Of a stretch of DNA of 64,000 nucleotides, positions 46,001-59,800 are shown in pieces. The position numbers were made by a program, and so were the translations under genes. Within the stretch, counting starts at the first letter, position 1; every line of letters starts with the position of its first letter. This stretch comes from Eledone cirrhosa (Eukaryota): contig OZ024744.1 of NCBI GenBank assembly GCA_964016885.1, forward strand, positions 17,422,001 to 17,486,000, in the 5' to 3' direction. The notes below the pieces were generated by a model. It ran no database searches and was not told the origin of the DNA. It saw nothing but the letters and a program-made list of their open reading frames with translations.

Positions 46001-49000
46001 TTGCTGACCTGTACACCATCAGACATTGACGACAGGTTAGTACTCATTGCTGACCTGTACACCATCAGACATTGACGACAGTTTGATACTCATTGCTGAC
46101 CTGTACACCACCAGACATTGACGGCAGGTTGATACTCTTTGCTGACCTGTACACCATCAGATACTGACGATCGTTTGATAATCATTGCTGGCCTGTACAC
46201 CATCAGGTATTGACGACAGGTTGGTACTCATTGCTGACTTGTACACCATCAGGTATTGACGGCAGGTTGATACACATTGTTGACCTGTACACCATTAGGT
46301 ATTGACGACAGGTTGATACTCATTGCTGACCTGTACACCATCAGACATTGACGGCAGGTTGATACTCATTGCTGACCTGTACACCATCATATATTGAAGG
46401 CAGGTTGATATTCATTGCTGACTTGTACCCCATCAGACATTGACGACAGGTTGATACACATTGCTAACCTGTACACCATCAGATATTGACGACAGGTTGA
46501 TACTCATTGCTGTCCTGTACACCATCAGACATTGACGGCAGGTTGATACTCATTGCTGACCTGTACACCATCAGGTATTGACGGCAGGTTGATACTCATT
46601 GCTGACTTGTACACCATCAGATACTGACAACAGGTTGATACTCATTGCTGACCTGTACACCATCAAACTCTGACGGCAGGTTGATACTCATAGTTGACCT
46701 GTACACCATCAAGTATTGACGACAGGTTGATACTCATTAGTGACCTGTACACCATCAGGTATTGACGGCAGGTTGATACACATTGCTGACCTGTACACCA
46801 TCAGACATGGACGACAGGTTGATACTCATTGCTGACCTGTACACCATCAGATACTGACGACAAGTTGATACTCATTGCTGACCTGTACACAAGCAGACGT
46901 TGACGGCAGGTTGATACTCTTTGCTGACCTGTACACCATCAGATACTCACGATCGTTTGATAATCATTGCTGGCCTGTACACCATCAGGTATTGACGGCA
47001 GGTTGATACACAATGTTGACCTGTACACCATCAGACATTGACGGCAGGTTGATACACATTGCTGACCTGTACACCATCAGGTATTGACGACAGGTTGATA
47101 TCATTGCTGACCTGTACACCATCAGACATTGACGACAGGTTGATACTCATTGCTGACCTGTACACCATCAGATACTGACGACAGGTTGATACTCATTGCT
47201 GACCTGTACACCATCAGACATTGACGGCAGGTTGATACTCATTGCTTACCTGTACACCATCAGACATTGACAGCAGGTTGATACTCATTGTTGACCAGTA
47301 CACCATCAGATATTGACGACAGATTGATACTCATTAGTGACCTGTACACCATCAGGTATTGACGGCAGGTTGATACACATTGCTGACCTGTACACCATCA
47401 GACATTGACGACAGGTTGATACCTATTGCTGACTTGTACACCATCAGATACTGACAACAGGTTGATACTCATTGCTGACCTGTACACCATCAGACATTGA
47501 CGGCAGGTTGATACTCATTGCTGACCTGTACACCATCAGGTATTGACGACAGGTTGATATCATTGCTAACCTGTACACCATCAGACATTGACGACAGGTT
47601 GATACTCATTGCTGACCTGTAAACCATCAGACATTGACAGCAGGTTGATACACATTGCTGACATGTACACCATCATACATTGACGACGGGTTGATACTCA
47701 TTGCTGACCTGTACACCATCAGACATTGACGACAGGTTAATACTCATTGCTGACCTGTACACCATTAGACATTGACGGCTGGTTGATACTCATTGCTGAC
47801 CTGTACACCATCAGACATTGACGACAGGTTGATACTCATTGCTGACCTGTACACCATCAGAAATTGACGGCAGGTTGATACTCATTGCTGACCTGTACAC
47901 CATCAGACATTGACGGTAGGTTGATACTCATTGCTGACTTGTACACCATCAGATACTGACGACAGGTTGATACTCATTGCTGACCTGTACACCATCAGAC
48001 ACTGACGGCAGGTTGATACTCATTGCTGACCTGTACACAATCAGACATTGACGGCAGGTTGATACTCATTGCTGACCTGTACACCATCAGTTATTGACGA
48101 CAAGTTGATACTCATTGCTGACCTGTACACCATCAGATACTGACGGCAGGTTGATACTCATTGCTGACCTGTACACCATCAGATACTGACGACAGGTTGA
48201 TACTCATTGCTGACCTGTACACCATCAGACATTGACGACAGGTTGATACTCATTGCTGACCTGTACACCATCAGAAATTGACGGCAGGTTGATACTCATT
48301 GCTGACCTGTACACCATCAGACATTGACGGTAGGTTGATACTCATTGCTGACTTGTACACCATCAGATACAGACGACAGGTTGATACTCATTGCTGACCT
48401 GTACACCATCAGACACTGACGGCAGGTTGATACTCATTGCTGACCTGTACACAATCAGACATTGACGGCAGGTTGATACTCATTGCTGACCTGTACACCA
48501 TCAGTTATTGACGACAGGTTGATACTCATTGCTGACCTGTACACCATCAGATACTGACGGCAGGTTGATACTCATTGCTGACCTGTACACCATCAGATAC
48601 TGACGACAGGTTGATACTCATTGCTGACCTGTACACCATCAGGTATTGACGACAGGTTGATGCTCATTGATGACCTGTACACCATCAGAGATTGACGGCA
48701 GGTTGATACTCATTGCTGACCTGTACACCATCAGATATTGACGACAGTTTGGTACTCATTGATGACCTGTACACCATCAGATACAGACGACAGGTTGATA
48801 CTCATTGCTGACCTGTACACCATCAGGTATTGACCACAGGTTGGTATTCATTGCTGCCCTGTACACCATCAAGTATTTACGGCAGGTTGATAATCATTGC
48901 TGACCTGTACACCATCAGACATTGACGGCAAGTTGGTACTCATTGCTGACCTATACACCATCAGACACTGACGGCAGGTTGATACTCATTGCTGACCTGT

Positions 49001-52000
49001 ACACCATCAGATACTGACGACAGGTTGATACTCATTGCTGACCTGTACACCATCAGACATTGATGACAGGTTGATACTCATTGCTGACCTGTACACCATC
49101 AGACATTGACGACAGGTTGATACTCATTGCTGACCTGTACACCATCAGGTATTGACAGCAGGTTGATACTCATTGCTGACCTGTACACCATCAGACATTG
49201 ACGGCAGGTTGATACTCATTGCTGACCTGTACACCATCAGGTATTGACAGCAGGTTGATACTCATTGCTGACCTGTACACCATCAGACATTGACGGCAGG
49301 TTGATACTCATTGCTGACCTGTACACCATCAGGTATTGACGACAGGTTGATACTCATTGCTGACCTGTACACCATCAGATATTGACGGCTGGTTGATACT
49401 CATTGCTGACCTGTACACCATCAGACATTGACGACAGGTTAATACTCATTGCTGACCTGTACACCATCAGACATTGACGACAGTTTGATACTCATTGCTG
49501 ACCTGTACACCATCAGACATTGACGGCAGGTTGATACTCTTTGCTGACCTGTACACCATCAGATACTGACGATCGTTTGATAATCATTGCTGGCCTGTAC
49601 ACCATCAGGTATTGACGACAGGTTGGTACTCATTGCTGACTTGTACACCATCAGGTATTGACGGCAGGTTGATACACATTGTTGACCTGTACACCATCAG
49701 GTATTGACGACAGGTTGATACTCATTGGTGACCTGTACACCATAAGACATTGACGACAGGTTGATACTCATTGCTGACCTGTACACCATCAGACAATGAC
49801 GCCAGGTTGATACTCATTGCTGACCTGTACACCATCATATATTGACGGCAGGTTGATATTCATTGCTGACTTGTACCCCATCAGACATTGACGACAGGTT
49901 GATACTCATTACTAACCTGTACACCATCAGACATTGACGACAGGTTGATACTCTTTGCTGACCTGTACACCATCAGATACTAACGATCGTTTGATAATCA
50001 TTGCTGACCTGTACACCATCAGACATTGACGGCAGGTTGATACTCATTGCTGACCTGTACACCATCAGGTATTGACGACATGTTGATACTCATTGCTGAC
50101 CTGTACACCATCAGAAATTGACCACAGGTTGGTATTCATTGCTGACCTGTACAGCATCAGATACTGACGACAGGTTGATACTCATTGCTGCCCTGTACAC
50201 CATCAAGTATTGACGGCAGGTTGATACTCATTGCTGACCTGTAAACCATCAGACATTGACGGCAGGTTGGTACTCATTGCTGACCTATACACCATCAGAC
50301 ACTGACGGCAGGTTGATACTCATTGCTGACCTGTACACCATCAGACATTGACGACAGGTTGATACTCATTGCTGACCTGTACACCATCAGACATTGACGA
50401 CAGGTTAGTACTCATTGCTGACCTGTACACCATCAGATACTGACGACAGGTTGATACTCATTGCTGACCTGTACACAATCAAGTATTGACGGCAGGTTCA
50501 TACTCATTGCTGACCTGTACACCATCAGACATTGACGGCAGGTTCATACTCATTGCTGACCTGTACACCATCAGACATTGACGACAGGTTAATACGCATT
50601 GCTGACCTGTACACCATCAGACATTCACGGCAGGTTGATACTCTTTGCTGACCTGTACACCATCAGATACTGACGATCGTTTGATAATCATTGCTGGCCT
50701 GTACACCATCAGGTATTGACGACAGGTTGGTACTCATTGCTGACTTGTACACCATCAGGTATTGACGGCAGGTTGATACACATTGTTGACCTGTACACCA
50801 TCAGACATTGACGACAGGTTGATACTCATTGCTGACCTGTACACCATAAGACATTGACGATAGGTTGATACTCATTGCTGACCTGTACACCATCAGACAT
50901 TGACGGCAGGTTGATACTCATTGCTGACATGTACACCATCATATATTGACGGCAGGTTGATATTCATTGCTGACTTGTACACCATAAGACATTGACGACA
51001 GGTTGATACTCATTGCTAACCTGTTCACCATCAGACATTGACGACAGGTTGATACTCATTGCTGACCTGTACACCATCAGACATTGACGGCAGGTTGATA
51101 CACATTGCTGACCTGTACACCATCAGACATTGACGACAGGTTGATACTCATTGCTGACCTGTACACCATCAGACATTGACGGCAGGTTGATACTCATTGC
51201 TGACCTGTAAACCATCAGGTATTGACGGCAGGTTGATAATCATTGCTGACCTGTACACCATCAGGTATTGACGGCAGGTTGATACTCATTGCTTACCTGT
51301 ACACCATCAGACATTGATGACAGGGTGATACTCATTGCTGACCTGTACACCATCAGACATTGACGGCAGGTTGATACTCATTGCTGACCTGTACACCATC
51401 AGGTATTGACGGCAGGTTGATAATCATTGCTGACTTGTACACCATGAGATACTGACAACAGGTTGATACTCATTGCTGACCTGTACACCATCAAACTCTG
51501 ACGGCAGGTTGATACTCATAGTTGACCTGTACACCATCAAGTATTGACGACAGGTTGATACTCATTAGTGACCTGTACACCATCAGGTATTGACGGCAGG
51601 TTGATACACATTGCAGACCTGTACACCATCAGACATGGACGACAGGTTGATACTCATTGCTGACCTGTACACCATCAGATCCTGTCGACAGGTTGATACT
51701 CATTGCTGACCTGTACACAAGCAGACGTTGACGGCAGGTTGATACTCTTTGCTGACCTGTACACCATCAGATACTCACGATCGTTTGATAATCATTGCTG
51801 GCCTGTACACCATCAGGTATTGACGACAGGTTGGTACTCATTGCTGACTTGTACACCATCAGATACTGACGACAAGTTGATACTCATTGCTGACCTGTAC
51901 ACCATCAGGTATTGACGACAGGTTGATAGCATTGCTAACCTGTACACCATCAGACATTGACGACAGGTTGATACTCATTGCTGACTTGTACACCATCAGG

Positions 52001-55000
52001 TATTGACGGCAGGTTGATACACATTGTTGAACTGTACACCATCAGACATTGACGGCAGGTTGATACACATTGCTGACCTGTACACCATCAGGTATTGACG
52101 ACAGGTTGATATCATTGCTAACCTGTACACCATCAGACATGGACGACAGGTTGATACTCATTGCTGACCTGTACTCCATCAGATACTGACGACAGGTTGA
52201 TACTCATTGCTGACCTGTACACAAGCAGAGTTGACGGCAGGTTGATACTCTTTGCTGACCTGTACACCATCAGATACTCACGATCGTTTGATAATCATTG
52301 CTGGCCTGTACACCATCAGGTATTGACGACAGGTTGGTACTCATTGCTGAGTTGTACACCATCAGGTATTGACGGCAGGTTGATACACATTGTTGACCTG
52401 TACACCATCAGGTATTGACGGCAGGTTAATACTCATTGCTGACCTGTACACCATCAGACATTGACGGCAGGTTGATACACATTGCTGACCTGTACACCAT
52501 CAGGTATTGACGACAGGTTGGTACTCATTGCTGACTTGTACACCATCAGGTATTGACGGCAGGTTGATACACATTGTTGAACTGTACACCATCAGACATT
52601 GACGGCAGGTTGATACACATTGCTGACCTGTACACCATCAGGTATTGACGACAGGTTGATATCATTGCTAACCTGTACACCATCAGACATTCACGACAGG
52701 TTGATACTCATTGCTGACCTGTACACCATCAGATACTGACGACAGGTTGATACTCATTGCTGACCTGTACACCATCAGACATTTACGGCAGGTTGATACT
52801 CATTGCTTACCTGTACACCATCAGACATTGACAGCAGGTTGATACGCATTGTTGACCAGTACACCATCAGATATTGACGACAGGTTGATACTCATTAGTG
52901 ACCTGTACACCATCAGGTATTGACGGCAGGTTGATACTCATTGCTGACCTGTACAGCATCAGATACTGACGGCAGGTTGATACTCATTGCTGACCTGTAC
53001 ACCATCAGACATTGACGACAGGTTGATACTCATTGCTGACTTGTACACCATCAGATACTGACAACAGGTTGATACTCATTGCTGACCTGTACACCATCAG
53101 ACATTGACGGCAGGTTGATACTCATTGCTGACCTGTACACCATCAGGTATTGACGACAGGTTGATATCATTGCTAACCTGTACACCATCAGACATTGACG
53201 ACAGGTTGATACTCATTGCTGACCTGTACACCATCAGACATTGACGACAGGTTAATACTCATTGCTGACTTGTACACCATCAGGTATTGACGGCAGGTTG
53301 ATACTCATTTCTGACCTGTACACCATCAGACATTGACGGCAGGTTGATACTCATTGCTGACCTGTACACCATCAGATATTGACGACATGTTGATACTCAT
53401 TGCTGACCTGTACACCATCAGACATTGTCGGCAGGTTGATACTCATTGCTGACCTATACACCATCAGTTATTGACGACAAGTTGATACTCATTGCTAACC
53501 TGTACACCATCAGATATTGACAGCAGGTTGATACTCATTACTGACTTGTACACCATCAGACATTGACGGCAGGTTGATACTCATTGCTGACCTGTACACC
53601 ATCAGACATTGACGGCAGGTTGATACTCATTGCTGACCTGTACACCATCAGGTATTGACGACAGGTTGATACTCATTGCTGACCTGTACACCATAAGACA
53701 TTGACGACAGGTTGATACTCATTGCTGACCTGTACACCATCAGACATTGACGGCAGGTTGATACTCTTTGCTGACCTGTACACCATCATATATTGACGGC
53801 AGGTTGATATTCATTGCTGACTTGTACCCCATCAGACATTGACGACAGGTTGATACTCATTGCTAACCTGTACACCATCAGACATTGACGACAGGTTGAT
53901 ACTCATTGCTGACCTGTACACCATCAGACATTGAGGGCAGGTTGATACTCATTGCTGACCTGTACACCATCAGGTATTGACGGCAGGTTGATACTCATTG
54001 CTGACTTGTACACGATCAGATACTGACAACAGGTTGATACTCATTGCTGACCTGTACACCATCAAACTCTGACGGCAGGTTGATACTCATAGTTGACCTG
54101 TACACCATCAAGTATTGACGGCAGGTTGATACTCATTGCTGACCTGAACACCATCAGATACTGACGGCAGGTTGATACTCATTGCTGACCTGTACACCAT
54201 CAGACATTGACGACAGGTTGATACTCATTGCTGACTTGTACACCATCAGATACTGACAACAGGTTGATACTCATTGCTGACCTGTACACAAGCAGACGTT
54301 GACGGCAGGTTGATACTCTTTGCTGACCTGTACACCATCAGATACTCACGATCGTTTGATAATCATTGCTGGCCTGTACACCATCAGGTATTGACGACAG
54401 GTTGGTACTCATTGCTGATTTGTACACCATCAGGTATTGACGGCAGGTTGATACACATTGTTGACCTGTACACCATCAGACATTGACGACAGGTTAATAC
54501 TCATTGCTGACCTGTACACCATCAGACATTGACGGCAGGTTGATACACATTGCTGACCTGTACACCATCAGGTATTGACGACAGGTTGGTACTCATTGCT
54601 GACTTGTACACCATCAGGTATTGACGGCAGGTTGATACACATTGTTGAACTGTACACAATCAGACATTGACGGCAGGTTGATACACATTGCTGACCTGTA
54701 CACCATCAGGTATTGACGACAGGTTGATATCATTGCTAACCTGTACACCATCAGACATTGACGACAGGTTGATACTCATTGCTGACCTGTACACCATCAG
54801 ATACTGACGACAAGTTGATACTCATTGCTGACCTGTACACCATCAGACATTTACGGCAGGTTGATACTCATTGCTTACCTGTACACCATCAGACATTGAC
54901 AGCAGGTTGATACGCATTGTTGACCAGTACACCATCAGATATTGACGACAGGTTGATACTCATTAGTGACCTGTACACCATCAGGTATTGACGGCAGGTT

Positions 55001-56884
55001 GATACTCATTGCTGACCTGTACACCATCAGACATTGACGACAGGTTGATACTCATTGCTGACTTGTACACCATCAGATACTGACAACAGGTTGATACTCA
55101 TTGCTGACCTGTACACCATCAGACATTGACGGCAGGTTGATACTCATTGCTGACCTGTACACCATCAGGTATTGACGACAGGTTGATATCATTGCTAACC
55201 TGTACACCATCAGACATTGACGACAGGTTGATACTCATTGCTGACCTGTACACCATCAGACATTGACGACAGGTTAATACTCGTTGCTGACTTGTACACC
55301 ATCAGGTATTGACGGCTGGTTGATACTCATTTCTGACCTGTACACCATCAGACATTGACGGCAGGTTGATACTCATTGCTGACCTGTACACCATCAGATA
55401 TTGACGACATGTTGATACTCATTGCTGACCTGTACACCATCAGACATTGACGGCAGGTTGATACTCATTGCTGACCTGTACACCATCAGTTATTGACGAC
55501 AAGTTGATACTCATTGCTGACCTGTACACCATCAGATATTGACAGCAGGTTGATACTCATTACTGACTTGTACACCATCAGACATTGACGGCAGGTTGAT
55601 ACTCATTGCTGACCTGTACACCATCAGACATTGACGGCAGGTTGATACTCATTGCTGACCTGTACACCATCAGGTATTGACGACAGGTTGATACTCATTG
55701 CTGACCTGTACACCATAAGACATTGACGACAGGTTGATACTCATTGCTGACCTGTACACCATCAGACATTGACGACAGGTTGGTACTCATTGCTGACCTG
55801 TACACCATCAGATACTGACGACAGGTTGATACTCATTGCTGACCTGTACACAATCAAGTATTGACGGCAGGTTGATACTCATTGCTGACCTGTACACCAT
55901 AAGACATTGACGACAGGTTAATACTCATTGCTGACCTGTACACCATCAGACATTGACGGCAGGTTGATACTCATTGCTGACCTGTACACCATCATATATT
56001 GACGGCAGGTTGATATTCATTGCTGACTTGTACCCCATCAGACATTGACGACAGGTTGATACTCATTGCTAACCTGTACACCATCAGACATTGACGACAG
56101 GTTGATACTCTTTGCTGACCTGTACACCATCAGATACTGACGATCGTTTGATAATCATTGCTGACCTGTACACCATCAGACATTGACGGCAGGTTGATAC
56201 TCATTGCTGACCTGTACACCATCAGGTATTGACGGCCGGTTGATACTCGTTGCTGACTTGTACACCATCAGATACTGACAACAGGTTGATACTCATTGCT
56301 GACCTGTACACCATCAAACTCTGACGGCAGGTTGATACTCATAGTTGACCTGTACACCATCAAGTATTGACGACAGGTTGATACTCATTAGTGACCTGTA
56401 CACCATCAGGTATTGACGGCAGGTTGATACACATTGCTGACCTGTACACCATCAGACATGGACGACAGGTTGATACTCATTGCTGACCTGTACACCATCA
56501 GATACTGACGACAGTTGATACTCATTGCTGACCTGTACACAAGCAGACGTTGACGGCAGGTTGATACTCTTTGCTGACCTGTACACCATCAGATACTCAC
56601 GATCGTTTGATAATCATTGCTGGCCTGTACACCATCAGGTATTGACGACAGGTTGGTACTCATTGCTGACTTGTACACCATCAGGTATTGACGGCAGGTT
56701 GATACACATTGTTGAACTGTACACCATCAGACATTGACGGCAGGTTGATACACATTGCTGACCTGTATACCATCAGGTATTGACGACAGGTTGATATCAT
56801 TGCTAACCTGTACACCATCAGACATTCACGACAGGTTGATACTCATTGCTTACCTGTACACCATCAGACACTGACGACAGGTTG

Positions 56885-59800
56885 ATACTCATTGCTGACC
56901 TGTACACCATCAGACATTTACGGCAGGTTGATACTCATTGCTTACCTGTACACCATCAGACATTGACAGCAGGTTGATACGCATTGTTGACCAGTACACC
57001 ATCAGATATTGACGACAGGTTGATACTCATTAGTGACCTGTACACCATCAGGTATTGACGGCAGGTTGATATCATTGCTGACCTGTACACCATCAGATAC
57101 TGAGGGCAGGTTGATACTCATTGCTGACCTGTACACCATCAGACATTGACGACAGGTTGATACTCATTGCTGACTTGTACACCATCAGACATTGACGACA
57201 GGTTGATACTCATTGCTGACCTGTACACCATCAGACATTGACGGCAGGTTGATACTCATTGCTGACCTGTACACCAGCAGGTATTGACGGCAGGTTGATA
57301 CTCATTGCTGACCTGTACACCATCAGACATTGACGACAGGTTGATACTCATTGCTGACCTGTACACCATCAGACATTGACGGCAGGTTGATACACATTGC
57401 TGACCTGTACACCATCAGACATGGACGACAGGTTGATATCATTGCTAACCTGTACACCATCAGACATTGACGACAGGTTGATACTCATTGCTGACCTGTA
57501 CACCATCAGACATTGACAGCAGGTTGATACACATTGCTGACCTGTACACCATCATACATTGACGACGGGTTGATACTCATTGCTGACCTGTACACCATCA
57601 GACATTGACGGCAGGTTGATACTCATTGCTTACCTGTACACCATCAGACATTGACAGCAGGTTGATACTCATTGTTGACCAGTACACCATCAGATATTGA
57701 CGACAGATTGATACTCATTAGTGACCTGTACACCATCAGGTATTGACGGCAGGTTGATACTCATTGCTGACCTGTACACCATCAGATACTGACGGCAGGT
57801 TGATACTCATTGCTGACCTGTACACCATCAGACATTGACGACAGGTTGATACTCATTGCTGACTTGTACACCATCAGATACTGACAACAGGTTGATACTC
57901 ATTGCTGACATGTACACCATCAGACACTGACGGCAGGTTGATACTCATTGCTGACCTGTACACCATCAGGTATTGGCGACAGGTTGATATCATTGCTAAC
58001 CTGTACACCAGCAGACATTGACGACATGTTGATACTCATTGCTGACCTGTACACCATCAGACATTGACAGCAGGTTGATACACATTGCTGACCTGTACAC
58101 CATCATACATTGACGACGGGTTGATACTCATTGCTGACCTGTACACCATCAGACATTGACGACAGGTTAATACTCATTGCTGACTTGTACACCATCAGAC
58201 ATTGACGGCAGGTTGATACTCATTGCTGACCTGTACACCATCAGATATTGACGGCAGGTTGATACTCATTGCTGACCTGTACACCATCAGATATTGACGA
58301 CATGTTGATACTCATTGCTGACCTCTACACCATCAGACATTGACGGCAGGTTGATACTCATTGCTGACCTGTACACCATCAGTTATTGACGACAAGTTGA
58401 TACTCATTGCTGACCTGTACACCATCAGATATTGACAGCAGGTTGATACTCATTGCTGACTTGTACACCATCAGACATTGACGGCAGGTTGATACTCATT
58501 GCTGACCTGTACACCATCAGACATTGACGGCAGGTTGATACTCATTGCTTACCTGTACACCATCAGACATTGACAGCAGGTTGATACGCATTGTTGACCA
58601 GTACACCATCAGATATTGACGACAGGTTGATACTCATTAGTGACCTGTACACCATCAGGTATTGACGGCAGGTTGATACTCATTGCTGACCTGTACACCA
58701 TCAGATACTGACGCCTGGTTGATACTCATTGCTGACCTGTACACCATCAGACATTGACGACAGGTTGATACTCATTGCTGACTTGTACACCATCAGATAC
58801 TGACAACAGGTTGATACTCATTGCTGACCTGTACACCATCAGACATTGACGGCAGGTTGATACTCATTGCTGACCTGTACACCATCAGGTATTGACGACA
58901 GGTTGATATCATTGCTAACCTGTACACCATAAGACATTGACGACAGGTTGATACTCATTGCTGACCTGTACACCATCAGACATTGACGACAGGTTAATAC
59001 TCATTGCTGACTTGTACACCATCAGGTATTGACGGCAGGTTGATACTCATTGCTGACCTGTACACCATCAGACATTGACGGCAGGTTGATACTCATTGCT
59101 GACCTGTACACCATCAGATATTGACGACATGTTGATACTCATTGCTGACCTGTACACCATCAGATATTGACGGCAGGTTGATACTCATTGCTGACCTGTA
59201 CACCATCAGATATTGACGACATGTTGATACTCATTGCTGACCTCTACACCATCAGACATTGACGGCAGGTTGATACTCATTGCTGACCTGTACACCATCA
59301 GTTATTGACGACAAGTTGATACTCATTGCTGACCTGTACACCATCAGATATTGACAGCAGGTTGATACTCATTGCTGACTTGTACACCATCAGACATTGA
59401 CGGCAGGTTGATACTCATTGCTGACCTGTACACCATCAGACATTGACAGCAGGTTGATACGCATTGTTGACCAGTACACCATCAGATATTGACGACAGGT
59501 TGATACTCATTAGTGACCTGTACACCATCAGGTATTGACGGCAGGTTGATACTCATTGCTGACCTGTACACCATCAGATACTGACGGCAGGTTGATACTC
59601 ATTGCTGACCTGTACACCATCAGACATTGACGACAGGTTGATACTCATTGCTGACTTGTACACCATCAGATACTGACAACAGGTTGATACTCATTGCTGA
59701 CCTGTACACCATCAGACATTGACGGCAGGTTGATACTCATTGCTGACCTGTACACCATCAGGTATTGACGACAGGTTGATATCATTGCTAACCTGTACAC

